Assembly: GCA_964016885.1 (NCBI GenBank)
Contig: OZ024745.1
Span: 118,296,001-118,360,000, forward strand
Direction of reading: 5' to 3'
Length of the DNA stretch: 64,000 bases
Source of the DNA: Eledone cirrhosa
Lineage: Eukaryota
The stretch's first letter is position 1, and every line of letters starts with the position of its first letter. The notes under the pieces are model-generated. The model did not search any database. It was not told the origin of the DNA and was given only the letters and a program-made list of their open reading frames with translations. Shown piece by piece: positions 13,607 to 27,875 of this stretch. The translations under genes were made by a program, and so were the position numbers.

Positions 13607-13661
<55 letters not shown>

Positions 13662-15659
13662 GTGCGTGTAGTAAATAGACATTGGAGTGTCAAGTGACTT
13701 GAAATGTTTAAAAATGGTTAAAAGTGTAGAAAATCTTCAATACAGGAAAATAGCTGTGAAAATAGCTTCAGAAAATGGGTTAAAAATCCCTAAAAAGACA
13801 AAAGTTACCAGTAGCCACTACAGAGTATCGAACTCTGTACCACTCACATTCCAACTGTAGAGTTGTTGATGTTAGGAAGGGCATCTAGCCACAAAAACCA
13901 AGCCAAAACTGAATGTATGAGCAAAACATATTTCACGTGTCTGGTTTAACTTCAGAACATGACAACCTGTCTAACCTATGCAAGCATGGAAAATAAATAT
14001 TAAATGATGATACATATGGAGAATGTGTTAAAATACTATAGTATTTAAAATATTCAAATATTAACTGACTGAGCACTCAATGTTGGTCGGCGATCGCTTC
14101 AATGGCTAGCAAATGAAGCGATCAAGCTGAACCTTTGAAGTCACTGCACTTTTCTACTTGTATATATGTATGTATGTGTGCATACGTGTGTGTGTGTGTG
14201 TGTGTGTGAAATCTTCAATACTTTCTATGATAAGTTATATTAACCATAACAGTAGGTAACTTTTTCTCCATTTAGGGTTGATGGTCTGTATATTATCCTG
14301 CCATAAACAGGTAATGCGTGCGTGTGTCATCATCATCATCATTTTACGTCAGCTTTGTTCCCTTCTTGCAAGGGTGGGACGGGAACTGATTCTGGCTGAT
14401 TTCTACAGCTGGATGCCCTTCCTAACACCAACCTCAATTACAGTGAGTGCTGGGTGCTTTTTTTTTTTCTGTGGCACCTACACATCCACTTTACAGTGTG
14501 GACTGGGTGCTTTTTGCCGTGGCACCTCTACGACCACTTTGCAGTGGAATGATAGGGAACCCAGTCCTATCATCTCATTTCTACAGCTGAGTAAACTGGA
14601 GCAATGTGAAATAAAGTGTCTTGCTCAAGGAAACAACACATCACCCGGTCTGAGAATTAGACTCATCACCTTTCGATTGCAAGGCCAATGCTCTAACCAT
14701 TAAGCCATGTGCCTGTATGAACATATATTTAAATGTGGGAATAACATATTTTTTACAGTAAGCGGTGAATTGACAGAATCATTAAAACATTGGATAAAAT
14801 GTTTTGTGGTGTATGTTTTAACTCTCTGTGCCCCCGAGTTCAAAACCACCCGAGGTTAACTTTGCCTTTCATCCTTTTAAGGTCGATAAAAATGTTCCAG
14901 TCATGTACTAGAGCTGATTATTCATGTGTATCTCATCTTTACTCTCTCGTTCTGTGAGAGTAGAAGGAATCAGTTATGTTTAGAACTGGTGAAAGGATGG
15001 CCTCTCGACAGTCAGTTGACAAGATCCCAGACCTCATCCACTTAACGAGGTGGAGCTCATCAAATCAGACCAAGGAAACAATGTTTCCATTGGTCTTTCC
15101 AATTGCTATCTGTTGATTGCAAATCCAAGCAGAAGGAGTTACATGAAATAAAGTGTCTTGCTCAAGGACATAACGCATCATCCGGTCCGGATATCAAAAA
15201 GAGAACCTCATGATTGCAAATCCAATTCTCTAACCACTCAGCCACGCACCTTTAAAATACCCAATACACACTATTTCATTATGGTGCCCCTACATCTTCA
15301 TCAAGAGCTACAGGTCCAGCCACACATAGAAATAGAGATAGAGATTTTCTTATTTAGAGGTAAAATACTACTATAGATTCTCTACAATCTATGAGGATAA
15401 TCATATGACTTAGGGTACCTCTTCTGAAGTTACACTTTCTTTACTATTTTTAATGGTTTCACTCATAGAACTGTTGTCATGCTGAGGCAGTGCTTTCAAG
15501 GCTTTAATGAATTATACTGATACCAGTATGTAATTGGAACAGTTGACCTATGGGATTTGAGAATGGAATGCAAAAGGCTGTAACTAAATACCACAAGAAA
15601 TTTTGTTCAGCAGTTTCCTGATTCTATCATCAAAATACTATTGCAGGAATTATATATTT

Positions 15660-15902
15660 TAACCATTTTGATAGCAAACTGCCCATGGTTATTTGATACA
15701 AATCTGTTTGTTTTAAAGTGTAAATATTTATTTTAAAATGTTACATCACAATTCTATCTTTATTCTATCATTATTAAGTTCTGCTCCAAGCATCATGTTA
15801 ATAATGAGAAAATTAGATATAATACTAAATATCTCAAAATCTATGATTATTTTTTAAATTATGTGGAAATTATATTAAAAATATGGTAACAGATGGGTTA
15901 AA
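15660..15902. mobile_element. TTAA-flanked non-autonomous DNA transposon
   Basis: ttaaccattttgatagc...ggtaacagatgggttaa. A related partial copy lies at ~54512-54660. Confidence 0.55.
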
Positions 15903-16711
15903 CAGAAATGTGTTGTTTTGGTTGGCTGAGACAATTAAAACTTTCCATTTATAGTGATACATTGACATTCTATTGGAAAGAAAAAGACAATTTGCTTGGA
16001 ACCTTTATAAAGCCTAAATGCTATGAGTTTAAGCTTTGTAAAGGATTAGTATGTTTCTATGACCAGGAACATGGCATGGTATGAATGAATTCAATGATAC
16101 AACACTTCAGAGAAATAAATCTATTAAACAAGTAATATAAATATGAAAAGTCTTAGGTGAAAACTCCTGACAGATCAAGTCCACAGTCCAAATTTGGCTT
16201 CTGGTTGTCTGCAATCTATTTACCCTATTAAAGCTATTAAGAAGGGTACGAATCACCACCATCATCATCATTTAACATCCATTTTCCAAGCTAGCATGGG
16301 TTAGATGAGCTGTCCCATTGTGTGACAAGCCATATCAGATGACCGTGTCCATTTCTGTATGAGCAAGACATGATCATCTGACCTGGCTTGTCTCACACAT
16401 ATATATAATCATCACCATTTAATGTCCCTGTTCCCTGCTAGCAAGAGTTGGACAGATTATTATAGACCAAATCAGTACTTAATCAGAGCCAAATTTTGCT
16501 TACATTCCCATCACTTTACGAGATGTAATGGCTGTATTTTAACATGGCACCAGTACTAGGGGATTGTTGATCCTTTTCCCATCCAAGCCTTGCTAGCATG
16601 GAAAGGCAGATGTGAAAATGATGATGATGATTATATATATATATATGAATGAGACTGTGATTTTGCATCTCTGTGTTTATCTTGTCTGTTCTTGAACTAT
16701 ATATATATATA

Positions 16712-16811
16712 TAGGAAAATAGTCAGGACCCCGACGGCTGAGCTCCGGCCGTTTCAACACCTAGATCCAAACAGCCGGAGCTCAGCTGTCGGGGTCCTGA
16801 CTCTTTTCCTA
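16712..16811. mobile_element. GC-rich hairpin MITE in (TA)n
   Basis: taggaaaatagtcaggaccccgacggctgagctccgg / ccggagctcagctgtcggggtcctgactcttttccta. Partial copies lie at 47731-47812, ~33920-33985 and ~32968-33020. Confidence 0.8.
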
Positions 16812-16903
16812 TTACCCACTCTATTACCCTAAGTATCGAGTACTCTGGTGCGTTATGGTCCACCTGGTATCTTACCACACTTTCTTTGTTTTATATATAT
16901 ATA

Positions 16904-18120
16904 TCTATAATATAAAGCTGATGGCTGTATGTTTGTAACAAACTTTCCACCAAACGGCTGGACCAAACAGCACCAAATTTGCACCATAGATGTAACTTTT
17001 TCCAAGTAAAAAAAGTGAGGGTATTTTTATCTACTGAATTTTGTTAAAAGATTAAAGACATTATTTAAATATTCACTTCTTTAAAATTTCAAATGTCAAC
17101 ACTTCCAATTATACGACATTCCTCACTTTTTCTTATGACGTCGCACAACATTCCCTTCTTTTTCTTAGTCTGTCTTTTGAGATAGATATAACGTAGCGCC
17201 CTTATAATATGTCTATGTATGTCTGGCTGTCTCCATTAGATAACGTTTTTCGAAATATTTACTTCTGCGTTCACAGATTGATTTTTTTAGTTTCAGAAGA
17301 TCCCGTTAAGAGTGAAAGCCTTTGCTTAAACTTTAATCTGTTATTTTAATATATATTCGTATACAGATATTTTTGCATACACAAAAACAAAAACCTATTT
17401 ATTTCACGAAAGAACAGATGGCTTATCGTCATTGTTACTGTTCGAGGTTAGAGGACCACAGTCTTTCCAAGATCTGAGAACCATCAATGGCCATCAATAT
17501 TCCACTTACCGTTTGGCTTGCCAGATGCATGGTATGTTACACGATGGCAGCCATTGGCACCTCACCCTACAAAAAGCAGCAACTGCTAAAGTCCCTTCTC
17601 AGCTGTGAAAACCTTTTGCTATTATGCTGCACAACTGCAATCTCGCCGACCCTCTCGCACTGTGGAACAACCACTGCGAAAGTCTAGCTGAGGACATCCT
17701 CCACCGCACATGCAGACACAATCACGTAACATACGATGTCGTTTTCAATGAGGCGCTCACTTGTCTTGAAAACAGTGTCCTGGAGTTTGGTGGTAGGCCT
17801 CTAAGTCACTACAGCTTACCAGCTCCTGACAGGAATATCCAGAGGTCAACGTCTACAGAGCTTCTCCGTGAGCCGAGCTACGAGATCAGTGCTTCTTCCA
17901 TGGTCAATTGTATGTAGGATGGTCTAGGGTGAGCTCGCCAAACAATCTTTTCATCTTTGCTCAGGAGGGCCGAACAAAAAATATTGTATACTCTGAGGCT
18001 CTAACAATGTAATTTAAATATTTTCTGTTACTTGGAATTTCCATTATGGTTGTACAAATTATTTGTAGCTATCAATTTTCTTTAACGAACTGGCTGCTGA
18101 ACTGGGGAATGCTAAAAACT
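16904..18120 (+). mobile_element. internally deleted Helitron (RepHel remnants)
   Basis: 5' end a|TCTATAATATAAAGCTG..aacggctggaccaaa..accaaatttg. Translation LLLFEVRGPQSFQDLRTINGHQYSTYRLACQMHGML..DPLALWNNHCESLAEDILHR..EAL..LE..L.EFGG is joined to the PIF1 helicase end HGQLYVGWSRVSSPNNLFIF..TKNIVYSEAL*. Confidence 0.85.
17248..17352 (+). mobile_element. dispersed repeat (probable Penelope pLTR end) within the Helitron
   Basis: Near-identical to the reverse complement of 39965-40075. Confidence 0.5.
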
Positions 18121-19419
18121 ATTCAAACCCAACATCAGAGCATGTTAACCCCCACCAACCCCCCACCCCAACCTCGCAGACTTGAGAGGGCATGCAGTAT
18201 CTTTGCACTGGAGTGGAGGGGGGGATTCCTGAAAAGATAAAATGCTGGTATACCCATATGTATATTTATGAACTTTGAAATGTGTGCATCCCAATCAAAA
18301 TAACCATGATAATAGTCTATCATTATAAATAATAATTGAGATAAGGAGACAGAAGAAAATGGACAGAGGCACCTGCAAGGAGGTTCTTTCTGTTCACTTT
18401 TTTTCCATTTCCATTTGAATGCTAGACATATATCTTGCTAGACATGGTAATCAGAACATTTGTTAGCAATGTATTTTCTACCTGCCATGTCCAAATGGCA
18501 TTGAATTATTTCACTCAGCAGGCATCTCACAACTAGACATGAGATAAGTTCTTAAATTCTCAAATGTCATCTTAACCCATCCCCAACATTTAAAATAAGT
18601 CCCCTGTAGGAATACAAAACTAATAATGATAAAAACAACAAAAAGATACATGTAATATAAGTTTATGTCTCTTTTTCCATTGAAACATTTAATGAGCTTT
18701 CAGTGATCTCTTCACCTGAAAAGAACTTGTATGCTTTAATTAGATGACCTAAAGAGGAGCCTTAGCACTGCGGCCTGATGCCTGTAGCGAGGTGCAGTGT
18801 TGGAAAATGTAATTTCACCATTCATCTCAAGTAAGTGAGAACTTATGATGACAACACTTTAAAAAAACATTTTTCTTCATGTCTTAATTCCTTCTTGTCA
18901 GCTACATCTAAATTCCTGCTGTTGATTTATATAGATCTATATCACAAAGCAGTCGTTATTGAACCTTTTGTCTCATAAAATATACATCTACTGCTGCTTT
19001 CAACGTGTCATATTTTTTATTATTCCCCTTGCTGCAGCTGTAAATGACACATGGTCCCTATTCAAATTTAGCAGAAATAATTTTCTCCCTCACACTGCCA
19101 TCATCTCCATCACTATCAATACTATGATTGCCACCATTATCGTTACCCCAACCACCATCATTACATCTGCATCTATTGGTAAAGTTAGAAACACTAAATC
19201 TTTATTAAAGCTTCTTCGTATCAATGTGAGTGTAACATGTAACTGTTGTTTTCAAGGAACATCATTCAATTCAGCAGTTCTTTCAGTTATTTGAGGTAAG
19301 CATAATGTTTAAATAGCCGACTGAATACTGCCATACTTTAAAGGGTTTGGTTATGGTCAAGGTGCTGAATTACTGGTAATTTGGTTATTGACAAAGTTTG
19401 TAACTCATTATTGTCCTCA

Positions 19420-19640
19420 AGGGCAGTGGATTGGCAGTAACGGTAGAGTGTCGGACAACATGCTTTGTGGTATAAAGTTATGGCCGTTTGTGTTCTGAGT
19501 TCAAGTCCCACTGAGATCAGCATTGCTTTCATCATTATGAGGTTGATTAAACAAAGCACCAGTAATGCACTGGGGTCAATTTAATTGACTTTCCCCTCTC
19601 CCCAAATGTTTGGCCTTGTGCCTAAATCAGGAACCATTAT
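19420..19640 (+). mobile_element. tRNA-derived SINE
   Basis: ggcagtggattggcagtaacgg..gagttcaagtccc..ggccttgtgcc..attatt. Confidence 0.8.
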
Positions 19641-20671
19641 TGTCCTGATTAACCCACACCCTAAGCTTTTCATAACAAGGTAGATCTAATATCCGGAGAA
19701 ATCTCTTCCTACAGATATATAAAATCTATCTTATGAAATAAAATCTGAGACTTTGAGGCTAACATTTTTAACTACAGAACTGAGCAGTTCAAGCCAATGT
19801 AGACAGTATAAGATAGTCTAAAGTCTGTCTCAAGCCAGGAGGCTCATCAGGCTGGTACTTAACCCAGTTTCCATGGTGTTAAACTCCCAGCTCTTGTTGG
19901 TACTAATTTACATTTGAGTATACTGGAGCAACATGAAATGAAGTGTTTTGCTCAAGAACACAACACAGCCCAGGAATTGAACTCACAACATTATGACCAT
20001 AAGTCACCACTAGGCCACACAGTATAATATAGAGGTACCACAAAATACTTGTCTGACCATTTATATCATCAGATGTAAGAAATATCTGGAGGGAAGTTCC
20101 AAATCATGAATAACATTAGAGGAGATAAAAAAGTATGTTAAATATTTGAGAAGTGCCACGCTAGATGTCTGAAATGTCTGAAATAGATTCAGCCCTGTAG
20201 GGTGATTATACAGAACTGTTCAACTTACTAGAAATAGCAGCCAAACTCCCTTTAAATCACACTATATTGTCTGAAACAGTTAGAAATACATTAGATGATA
20301 CACAGTGTATATAAAAAAAAAGACAGGTTGTTCACAAATTGAACATCTTTGACCATATGTCTGCTCAATTAGGGTTGACTAAAGACCAAACAGCAATAAC
20401 ATAAACTATGTGTTTTACATGATATGGTCCTTTATGTTCTGAGTTCAAATCCTGCCATGGTTAGCTTTGCTTTTCATCCTTATGGTGTTGATAAAATAAT
20501 GTACCAGTAATGCACTGGTGGCCGTTTAATTGACTTTCCTTCCCACCAAAATTGCTGGCCTTGTGCTTAAATGATGATGATGATGTAAGAAATAATTATC
20601 TTTATTACTATGAAGAGAACAACATTGCACCAATGAAAATGTACTGAAAGAAATAATTTAGTACAATTTGT

Positions 20672-21228
20672 ACAGATACACACGCATATGCATCTAAACA
20701 GACACACATGCATTGAAACAGAGAGACACACTCACACATGCATCTAAACAGACACACACTCACACATGCATCCAAACAGATACACACTCACAGATACATC
20801 CAAATACATACACACACACACACTCACATGCATACAAACAGACACACACACACACACACACATCCAAACAGTCACACACACACACATGCATCTAAACATA
20901 CACCCAACCCCCTCACACACACACATATGCACCCAAACAGACATGCACATGTATCCAAACAGGCACACACACATCCAAACAGACACACAGACACACACAC
21001 ACACACACACACACAAACAAACAGACACACACACACACCCAAACAGACACACACACATATTACTATTGTTTGGCTGCCCCCAATTATTCCACTCCAAACA
21101 TCTTCTCAAGACATGCTTCATACAATTCCTTTACCAGTCTTTCAACAGAAATTTTTTTGTAATCTCATTTCTTGGCAACTTGGTACCGGCATTCTTTTGG
21201 TGCAATAGGTGTGTGTGTGTGAGTGTGA

Positions 21229-21267
<39 letters not shown>

Positions 21268-21385
21268 AGACAGAGCGTGTGTGTGGTGTGTGTGTGAGAG
21301 AGAGAGAGTATGTGTGGTGTGCGTGTGAGAGAGAGAGTGAGAGAGAGTGTGTGTGTGTGTGTGTGTGGGTGAGAGTGTGTGTGAG
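20672..21385. repeat. (CA)-rich minisatellite followed by (GT)/(GA) microsatellites
   Basis: cacatgcatccaaacagacacaca units, then (GT)n/(GA)n on the opposite polarity. Confidence 0.9.
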
Positions 21386-21607
21386 CCATGTGAGTCTTGA
21401 TTGGCTAATTAATTATGATAAGCTAGTATTCATAATTATGGTGAAACTGTGGTCTGGACAAATTTATATTTATTGCTTGGTTGTTATCTTAATAGTAATG
21501 TACTTAAATATTGTATCTAAATAACATTTTGAATAAATAATACTCTACAAAATAGAGATTTTAGCCTGTATAAAGCATATTTGAGCTGATTTATGTTATA
21601 TAATATG

Positions 21608-22630
21608 TAATGTCACTGGATCGAGATCTTTGGTGCCATGTAGTTCTACAGAAGACCCGTCTTCCCTTGCATTCAAAACTAGTCAGTAGGCACCTCTTAA
21701 CCCAATGTACACCCCACCCGAACACCCTACCCCATCCTCCCATTCCCATCGACCTTTTGATGACACAACAAAAAGCACCCAGTCCACACTGTAAAGGTGG
21801 TTGGTGTTAGGAAGGGCATCCAGCTGTAGAAAACCTACCAGAGACAGATCCGTACGAGCGAGACATGGTCTCCCGACCATTCTCATGTATATGTAATTCT
21901 TGACATGGAAAGAAAACTTAGAATCAAAAAACCTCAGGGTAAACCTAGTGAAAACTAATGTTTAGAAAGAAGCTATGTCATCAGGGAATTGGCCAGGTTC
22001 AATATGCAGAAAAGAAGTTGAGAGATATCCATATAGAGAACCCATTGTAAACTATGGGTGCACAAATGGTGTGGTGGTGTCTTAGGTAGGCTAACAGAGA
22101 AAGGAGATGAACAACAGTAGTTAGCAATAATAGCATCGATAAAATCTTTCTTATCCAATGAAAGCTCCATAGAAGTTCTCAGATTCTGTTATTTAGGTGA
22201 CCAAATTAGCAGTAGAGGACATACTCTGAAAGGATTGTCATCGAATGAATGGGAAAGTTTAGGGAGCTACAACTACTGTTGGCAATAAAGGGATTCTTTC
22301 TTTGTATGATTACATGATGTATAGTAATGAAAAATTGGCATTGAACGTTAGTGTGTATGAACGACAAAGCAAAGACGAGTAGAGAGAAAAACTGTTCAAG
22401 AAAGAAGATTGCATTCGTATGGACACATAATAGACATGAGTAATGATTGTTGAAAGAAGAAATGCCAAGAGTTACAAGGGGAACGAAGACACTGAAGTGG
22501 TGAAAGCAATCTTAGGATTTTGAATCCCACAAAGAAGATGATAAAAGAAAAAGACAGTACAAGGAACACTTTTCTGGAGAAGACTCATCTAAACCTTGCA
22601 CCTATGGAAAAATAGATGTTATTATGATGA
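21608..22630 (+). mobile_element. two RTE LINE fragments (a 3' end, then an old degenerate RT-to-3' copy)
   Basis: MSLDRDLW..QKTR plus 3' UTR, then degraded LESKNLRVNLVKT..WVHKWC..YLGDQISS similar to 45786-46526. Confidence 0.65.
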
Positions 22631-23417
22631 TAATGTAGGCTGCTGTATGCAGTGATGTCTATTTTTTCAGAAGAGGACATCCAAGAACTAGAATATGTTT
22701 TTATGAAACACATTCTGTTTTTCTTTGAAACAAGCTTTTTGAGTGTTTTTATTTATTCCTTTGTTATCCTAATTTTACATTCTACTAACATTTCATTTCA
22801 ATCCAAGAAATATCTAATATGTATGTTTATTGTATTATAAATTTATTTTTCTTCAGTTCCCAACCCCCTCTTCTATGCCTTTCCTAGTTGATGTTGTAGT
22901 TTCAGTAGTAGTAGTGATAGTAGTAATATATGTTTTCTCTTAAAGAATGTAAATATATATATATGAGAAATAATGACCTCCTTCAAAATAAGGAAAAAAG
23001 AGAGTTTGTCAAACTTTATAGCATATGAACAATAAAGACAAAAAGGGAGAAGGAGGGTGTAAAGGAGGCTCAACAAAGCAAAAGAGGAAAACAAAACAGA
23101 AACCTAGAAGGCAGCCACTTGAAATATCTAATCCCAAGGCAACAACAGCAATGGAATTTTAGATATAACAACAAGCAGGGATTTTGGTGTGAAAATGTAG
23201 AAGAGACAGACAGCCAGGCAGGTGGTGAGACATGAAATGGCCAATATAGATAACACTTTCTTGTTCTTCAAGCAAGTTTATATAGCTCAGGAGAAATAGG
23301 CAGAGAAGAGGAGGATAGAAGGGATATGGTGATGCTCTATCTATTTTCTCCATTTTCCAGTTTTTTTTTGTTTTTTTTTTGTCACTTTTGCTTCTTCTGG
23401 GTTTCTATGACTAATAT

Positions 23418-23485
<68 letters not shown>
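23418..23485. repeat. (GA)n microsatellite
   Basis: Directly visible. Confidence 0.97.
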
Positions 23486-23487
<2 letters not shown>

Positions 23488-23657
23488 AAAATATTTTATA
23501 GATGCAATTGTTTATATTTTCATTTTTAACAGAGCAATGGAAATGCCTTCTGCTTGCCTCCCTGCTACATACACACAAACTTTTTACTCTACATCAATTT
23601 GCTCCATCAAAATGTTTCCTCACCACGTTACCTAATAGTAATCATAATGAGAATAAT

Positions 23658-23970
23658 GATTTCTAGTATAGGCACAAGGCCAGTAATTTGGGAGGGGGGG
23701 GGGGGCGAACGTCAATTAAATCGACTCCAGTACATTACTGGTGTTTTATTTTATCAGTCAAAATATGATTAGACAATAATTGTTTCTACTTTTGGCACAA
23801 GGCCAGCAATTACCCCAGTGTATTACTGGTACTTTATTTTATCGACCCCCATAAGGATGAAAGGTCAAGTTAACCACGGCAGGATTTGAACTCAGACCGT
23901 AAAGGGCCATAACTCTATGTTTGAAAGCATGGCTTCCAACCCGCTACTGATACTGCCAATCCACCGCCCT
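23658..23970 (-). mobile_element. SINE cluster (3' fragment plus full-length copy)
   Basis: Dominant SINE family sequence ending ccaatccaccgccc. Confidence 0.85.
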
Positions 23971-24199
23971 AATGATAATAATAATAATAATACTGATAAT
24001 GACAATTTATAATCCGTATGATAGCAAAATAATGATATTACAACAATAATGGGGGGGAAATTTCTTCTTTCAGAGAATGTAGCACATTTGTGGTTGTTGC
24101 TATTGTTGTTTGTGATAGTAGTCATGGTTAAAATTTATAATTACTGACATGTGGAAAATGACAAAGAACTACAGTCAAAATAAGAAATAAGTTATAACA

Positions 24200-24558
24200 G
24201 AGGCTTGTCCATTTGGTGCTGGCATAGAAGGAAAAGAAGAAGAAATATCCACATATTACGGCCCCCTGAAGTATGAAATTTCTAGAATTTAGAAGATGAA
24301 AAAGGAGTATGTAATACCAGTTGTTGGCACCTTAGGTATTATCACAAAGAACTTTGATGGATTGATAAAAATATCAAACCTGAATCTCACAGTGGAAATG
24401 TTATAGAAACTCTGTTTCGAACAGCGAGGATAATATGAAAAGTTTAAGATACAAACTGAAAAGAAGGAAACAATGTTATGATAGCTAAGACCACTGGATG
24501 TGGTATCTTGACTAAACCAGGAGTTAAGATCAATTTTGAGGGAAGACATAATAATAAT
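24200..24558 (+). mobile_element. R4/Dong-clade non-LTR retrotransposon 3' end
   Basis: ACPF..IEGKEEE..YGPLKYEISRI*KMKK..VIPVVGTLGIITKNF..ML*K..TARII is the RLE C-terminus. It ends in a (TAA)n tail. Confidence 0.75.
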
Positions 24559-24738
24559 TGCTTCTACTTTTGGCACAAGGCCAGCATATCCTAATGCATT
24601 ACTGGTACTTTATTTTATCGATTCCATAAGGATGAAAGGCAAAGTTAATCTTGGTGGGATTTGAACTGAGATCGTAAAGGGACATAAATCTATGCTGGAA
24701 AGCATGGCGTCCAACCCTCTACTGATACTGCCAATCCA
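24559..24738 (-). mobile_element. SINE inserted in the (TAA)n tail of the Dong fragment
   Basis: Dominant SINE family sequence directly abutting taataataat. Confidence 0.85.
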
Positions 24739-25519
24739 GAGTGGCAAAGGACCTCATGGTTTACTCAAGCTCTACTAGGTTACCACTGACTATCCACTTT
24801 GGAGAATTTATTAATGGCAGAGGACCTGATAGTGCACCTAAGCTCTACTAGGTTGCCATGGTTTACCCAAGCAACATTTTAAGGATTAATTAAAACCATC
24901 TGTAATCTAAGCAGAAATCAACCCATATCTGAGAAGAGGCATCTGCAAAACATACAACCTGTAAGCCAGCTGTCTTTAAAAGATTGAATGCTTTCAGAAA
25001 TTAACGAACATTCCCTAATGATTAACAATGCACTGACAGGGAAGTGGAGATAAATAAGCCACATCCTCCTCGATGTTTCTGCAACATATGCCAAAGGTTA
25101 TTCCACAGCTGACTGGCCACAAAATTGTTTACATAGAGCTCCTAATATGGACAGAAACTTATAGGTCCCTATTTGGCATAGCGGCAACACAGCTGGAAAT
25201 AAAGAAATACACAGTTTGATTCTCTGTACTGGCTGCTGGCCACTCTTTTTCATTCCCATCGGCATTTCAGTCAATTTTCTAAAGCTATTACTATTTATTG
25301 CAATTTCTATGTTTGGATTTCAATATTTCAAATTGCAAATCCTCCAAATGACTTGATATCTCATAAGATTTGATTAATTCCACCTCTAGTTGCAACAATG
25401 ATATATAAAGCTCCTAATTTAGATAGAAAGTGTTGTCAGCTACCATTTGGCATAGTGGTAAGACATTCAGCCAGAATTAGAGTTGGATTCTCTGTTGTGG
25501 CTAAGAAAAGTTTTAAGCA

Positions 25520-25710
25520 GTTTTAGTTACAATAACTCAACCAGTTTCACAATTTCATGACTTTCAAAAGTTAAATGAAATTTAAAGACATGGAGTTATG
25601 CTGCAACTGTCTTTGTTCTGACTGGAGTTTGAAAATTCTTTCGTTTTTATTCTATAACTACTGAAACCCATGAAATTGTGAAACCAGTTAAATTATTGTA
25701 AATAAATATT
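25520..25710. mobile_element. degenerate inverted-repeat element (MITE-like)
   Basis: ttacaataactcaaccagtttcacaatttcatg / catgaaattgtgaaaccagttaaattattgtaa. Confidence 0.5.
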
Positions 25711-25788
25711 CTTAAAGACTCCAAATGCATTTTCAACTTTTTTCTTTTTTTCTTCATATTTCTACCTGTGTGGAGTAAAAAACTTTCT

Positions 25789-25821
<33 letters not shown>

Positions 25822-27875
25822 CATTTGCACATGCGTGTGTGTGTGAATGTATTAGTGTTATCATCGTTTTCATCATCATCGTTTTAATGTCCACTTTCCT
25901 TGTCAGCAAAAGTAGAATGGGTCTTCATAGACCAAGTTAGTACTGAAGTGGGGTTACAAGCTAGGAGTCTGTTCATCTCGCTTGCATACACCTAGTAGAT
26001 CCTATAAAGTGGGAGCGGTGGTGCCATGAAAAGACATACCCAGTTCATCTGGTAAGGAGGTGGTTAGCATTAGGAAGGGCATCCAGCTATAGAAACCATA
26101 ACCATGCTAAACATGGAAGATATGGGCAAGCGAGATTGCTCTTATCTGTCTCGTCTTGTGATAAATCATCCATCCCATGCCAATGAGGAAGGATGATAGT
26201 TATTAAATATGCACATGTATCCGCCCACCCCACAAAAATGCATGTACATATATATATATATTCCTTGTGTATGAATGTGTGTGTGTGTGTGTGTGTGTGA
26301 CAACATATATAAGCACAAATGTGTACTGCTTATAACTGTAAATAAATAAACATGCACACAAACATATGCATGCATATTTAATAGATAAACTCTTCTCCTG
26401 CATAACACATTCATGCAAAATGTAGTTGAGTGAAACCCTATGAGATAATCATAGACCTAAGTGAAGAAGAGGAAGCTGCCTCATCAAGTTTGTAAATGCT
26501 ATGTCCATTAACAGATCTAAACATCTCCATTAGCTACAAACACACTAATCTGTAAATACAAATGTTAATCCTTTATCCAAATCAGAGGAAGATAAAAAAC
26601 ATCTGAAGAACTAAATACAGTGTGCATGTGTATGTGGTAGGCCACACCAGCAATATTCTCAACAACAACATTATACTATCAAGACAAAAATAAAGAATAT
26701 ATTTGATTGTTGTTGCTTTTGTTCTTGTTTATCATTTAGATGAATGAAGCAGAACCAGTAGAAGGTTGGATAAAATGTCTTGCAATATTTAGCTTTTGTT
26801 TCTTTACATTCTTTACCAAAGATCTTGACTTTGCCTTTTAATTCTCAGCTATGCCTTTCACCATTGAATTCTCAGAGCTGTTAGAGAGTAGGATGAAATG
26901 CCTTGAGCCATTTGTTCCAGTTCTCAGTGCTTTGATTTCATATCCAGCAGAGATCAACATTGCTTTCCTTCATTAAGGGTTGATAAAATAAAGCACCAGT
27001 CCAGAATATTAGAACATTGAACAAAATGCCATTCAACCTTTATTTTTTATTCAACACCTAGTTTAACACCACCACCTAATCCTTGGGTGTCTTTGGTAGG
27101 GTCCACACAGTTGCAACTGCTTGGGCTTGGTCTCTAGTTTGAGGATACCTTCCTTTAACTCCAACTAGTCTGAGAGTTCCTGAAAAGGATCATGGGTCAT
27201 GGCCACTGCTCTTCCTTTTTTGACTAAACAGTAAAAAAAAAAGAAACAAAAGTTTTCTGTGGTCAATAAAATAAGTACTAATCAAGTACCCGGTTGATGT
27301 AATCTCCTGTACCCCTTCTTCCTACAGATGTGCAACCTTATATGTAAAGGTGCAGTAAAGTGGGAAAAATGGAAGAGTGCCAGACATAGAGGAATTAGTT
27401 TGATCTCTATATGTTCTCAGTTCAAATTCTGACATTGTTTGTCATTCCTTAATAATTGCTTTTAGACCCAGTTCAACTCTGACTGAGCAGATCCTATTAT
27501 TAAAAGCACTCTGTGCATGTGTGTGTGTGCGTGCATGCGTGTATGTATGTGTACGTGTGTGTACATAAGTATGTATGCATGCATGTATGTACTTTCCATT
27601 ACAAATGATGTCAAAATGACAATAGAAAGAAAATATGAATGAAAAATTTATTCAAAATATAAATTTAAAAAGAAATCATTACAAAATATGAATAATGTAA
27701 TATTTGCCAATGATTAAATTTACAGCAGTAATGTATGAATATATTTGCACATACAACTGTGTGCCTGTGTACTTGTTTCATATGATGCTTGTGTGAAAGC
27801 ATTAAAAGAGTATAGCAATTACATTGTGAAGAGTCATTTTAGCAGGAGGTGTACAAAAAGCAAATCTTTGTACAA

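Noticed and set aside
18670-19160. Possible Ty3/gypsy gag relic on minus strand (YDTLKAAVDVYFMRQK, QHCTS)
   Set aside because: The similarity needs several frameshifts and stops, and is too weak to call without a profile search.
24740-25500. Pairs of short diverged direct repeats (caagctctactaggtt; tttggcatag..gattctctgt)
   Set aside because: They are visible but too short and degenerate to assign to an element or function.
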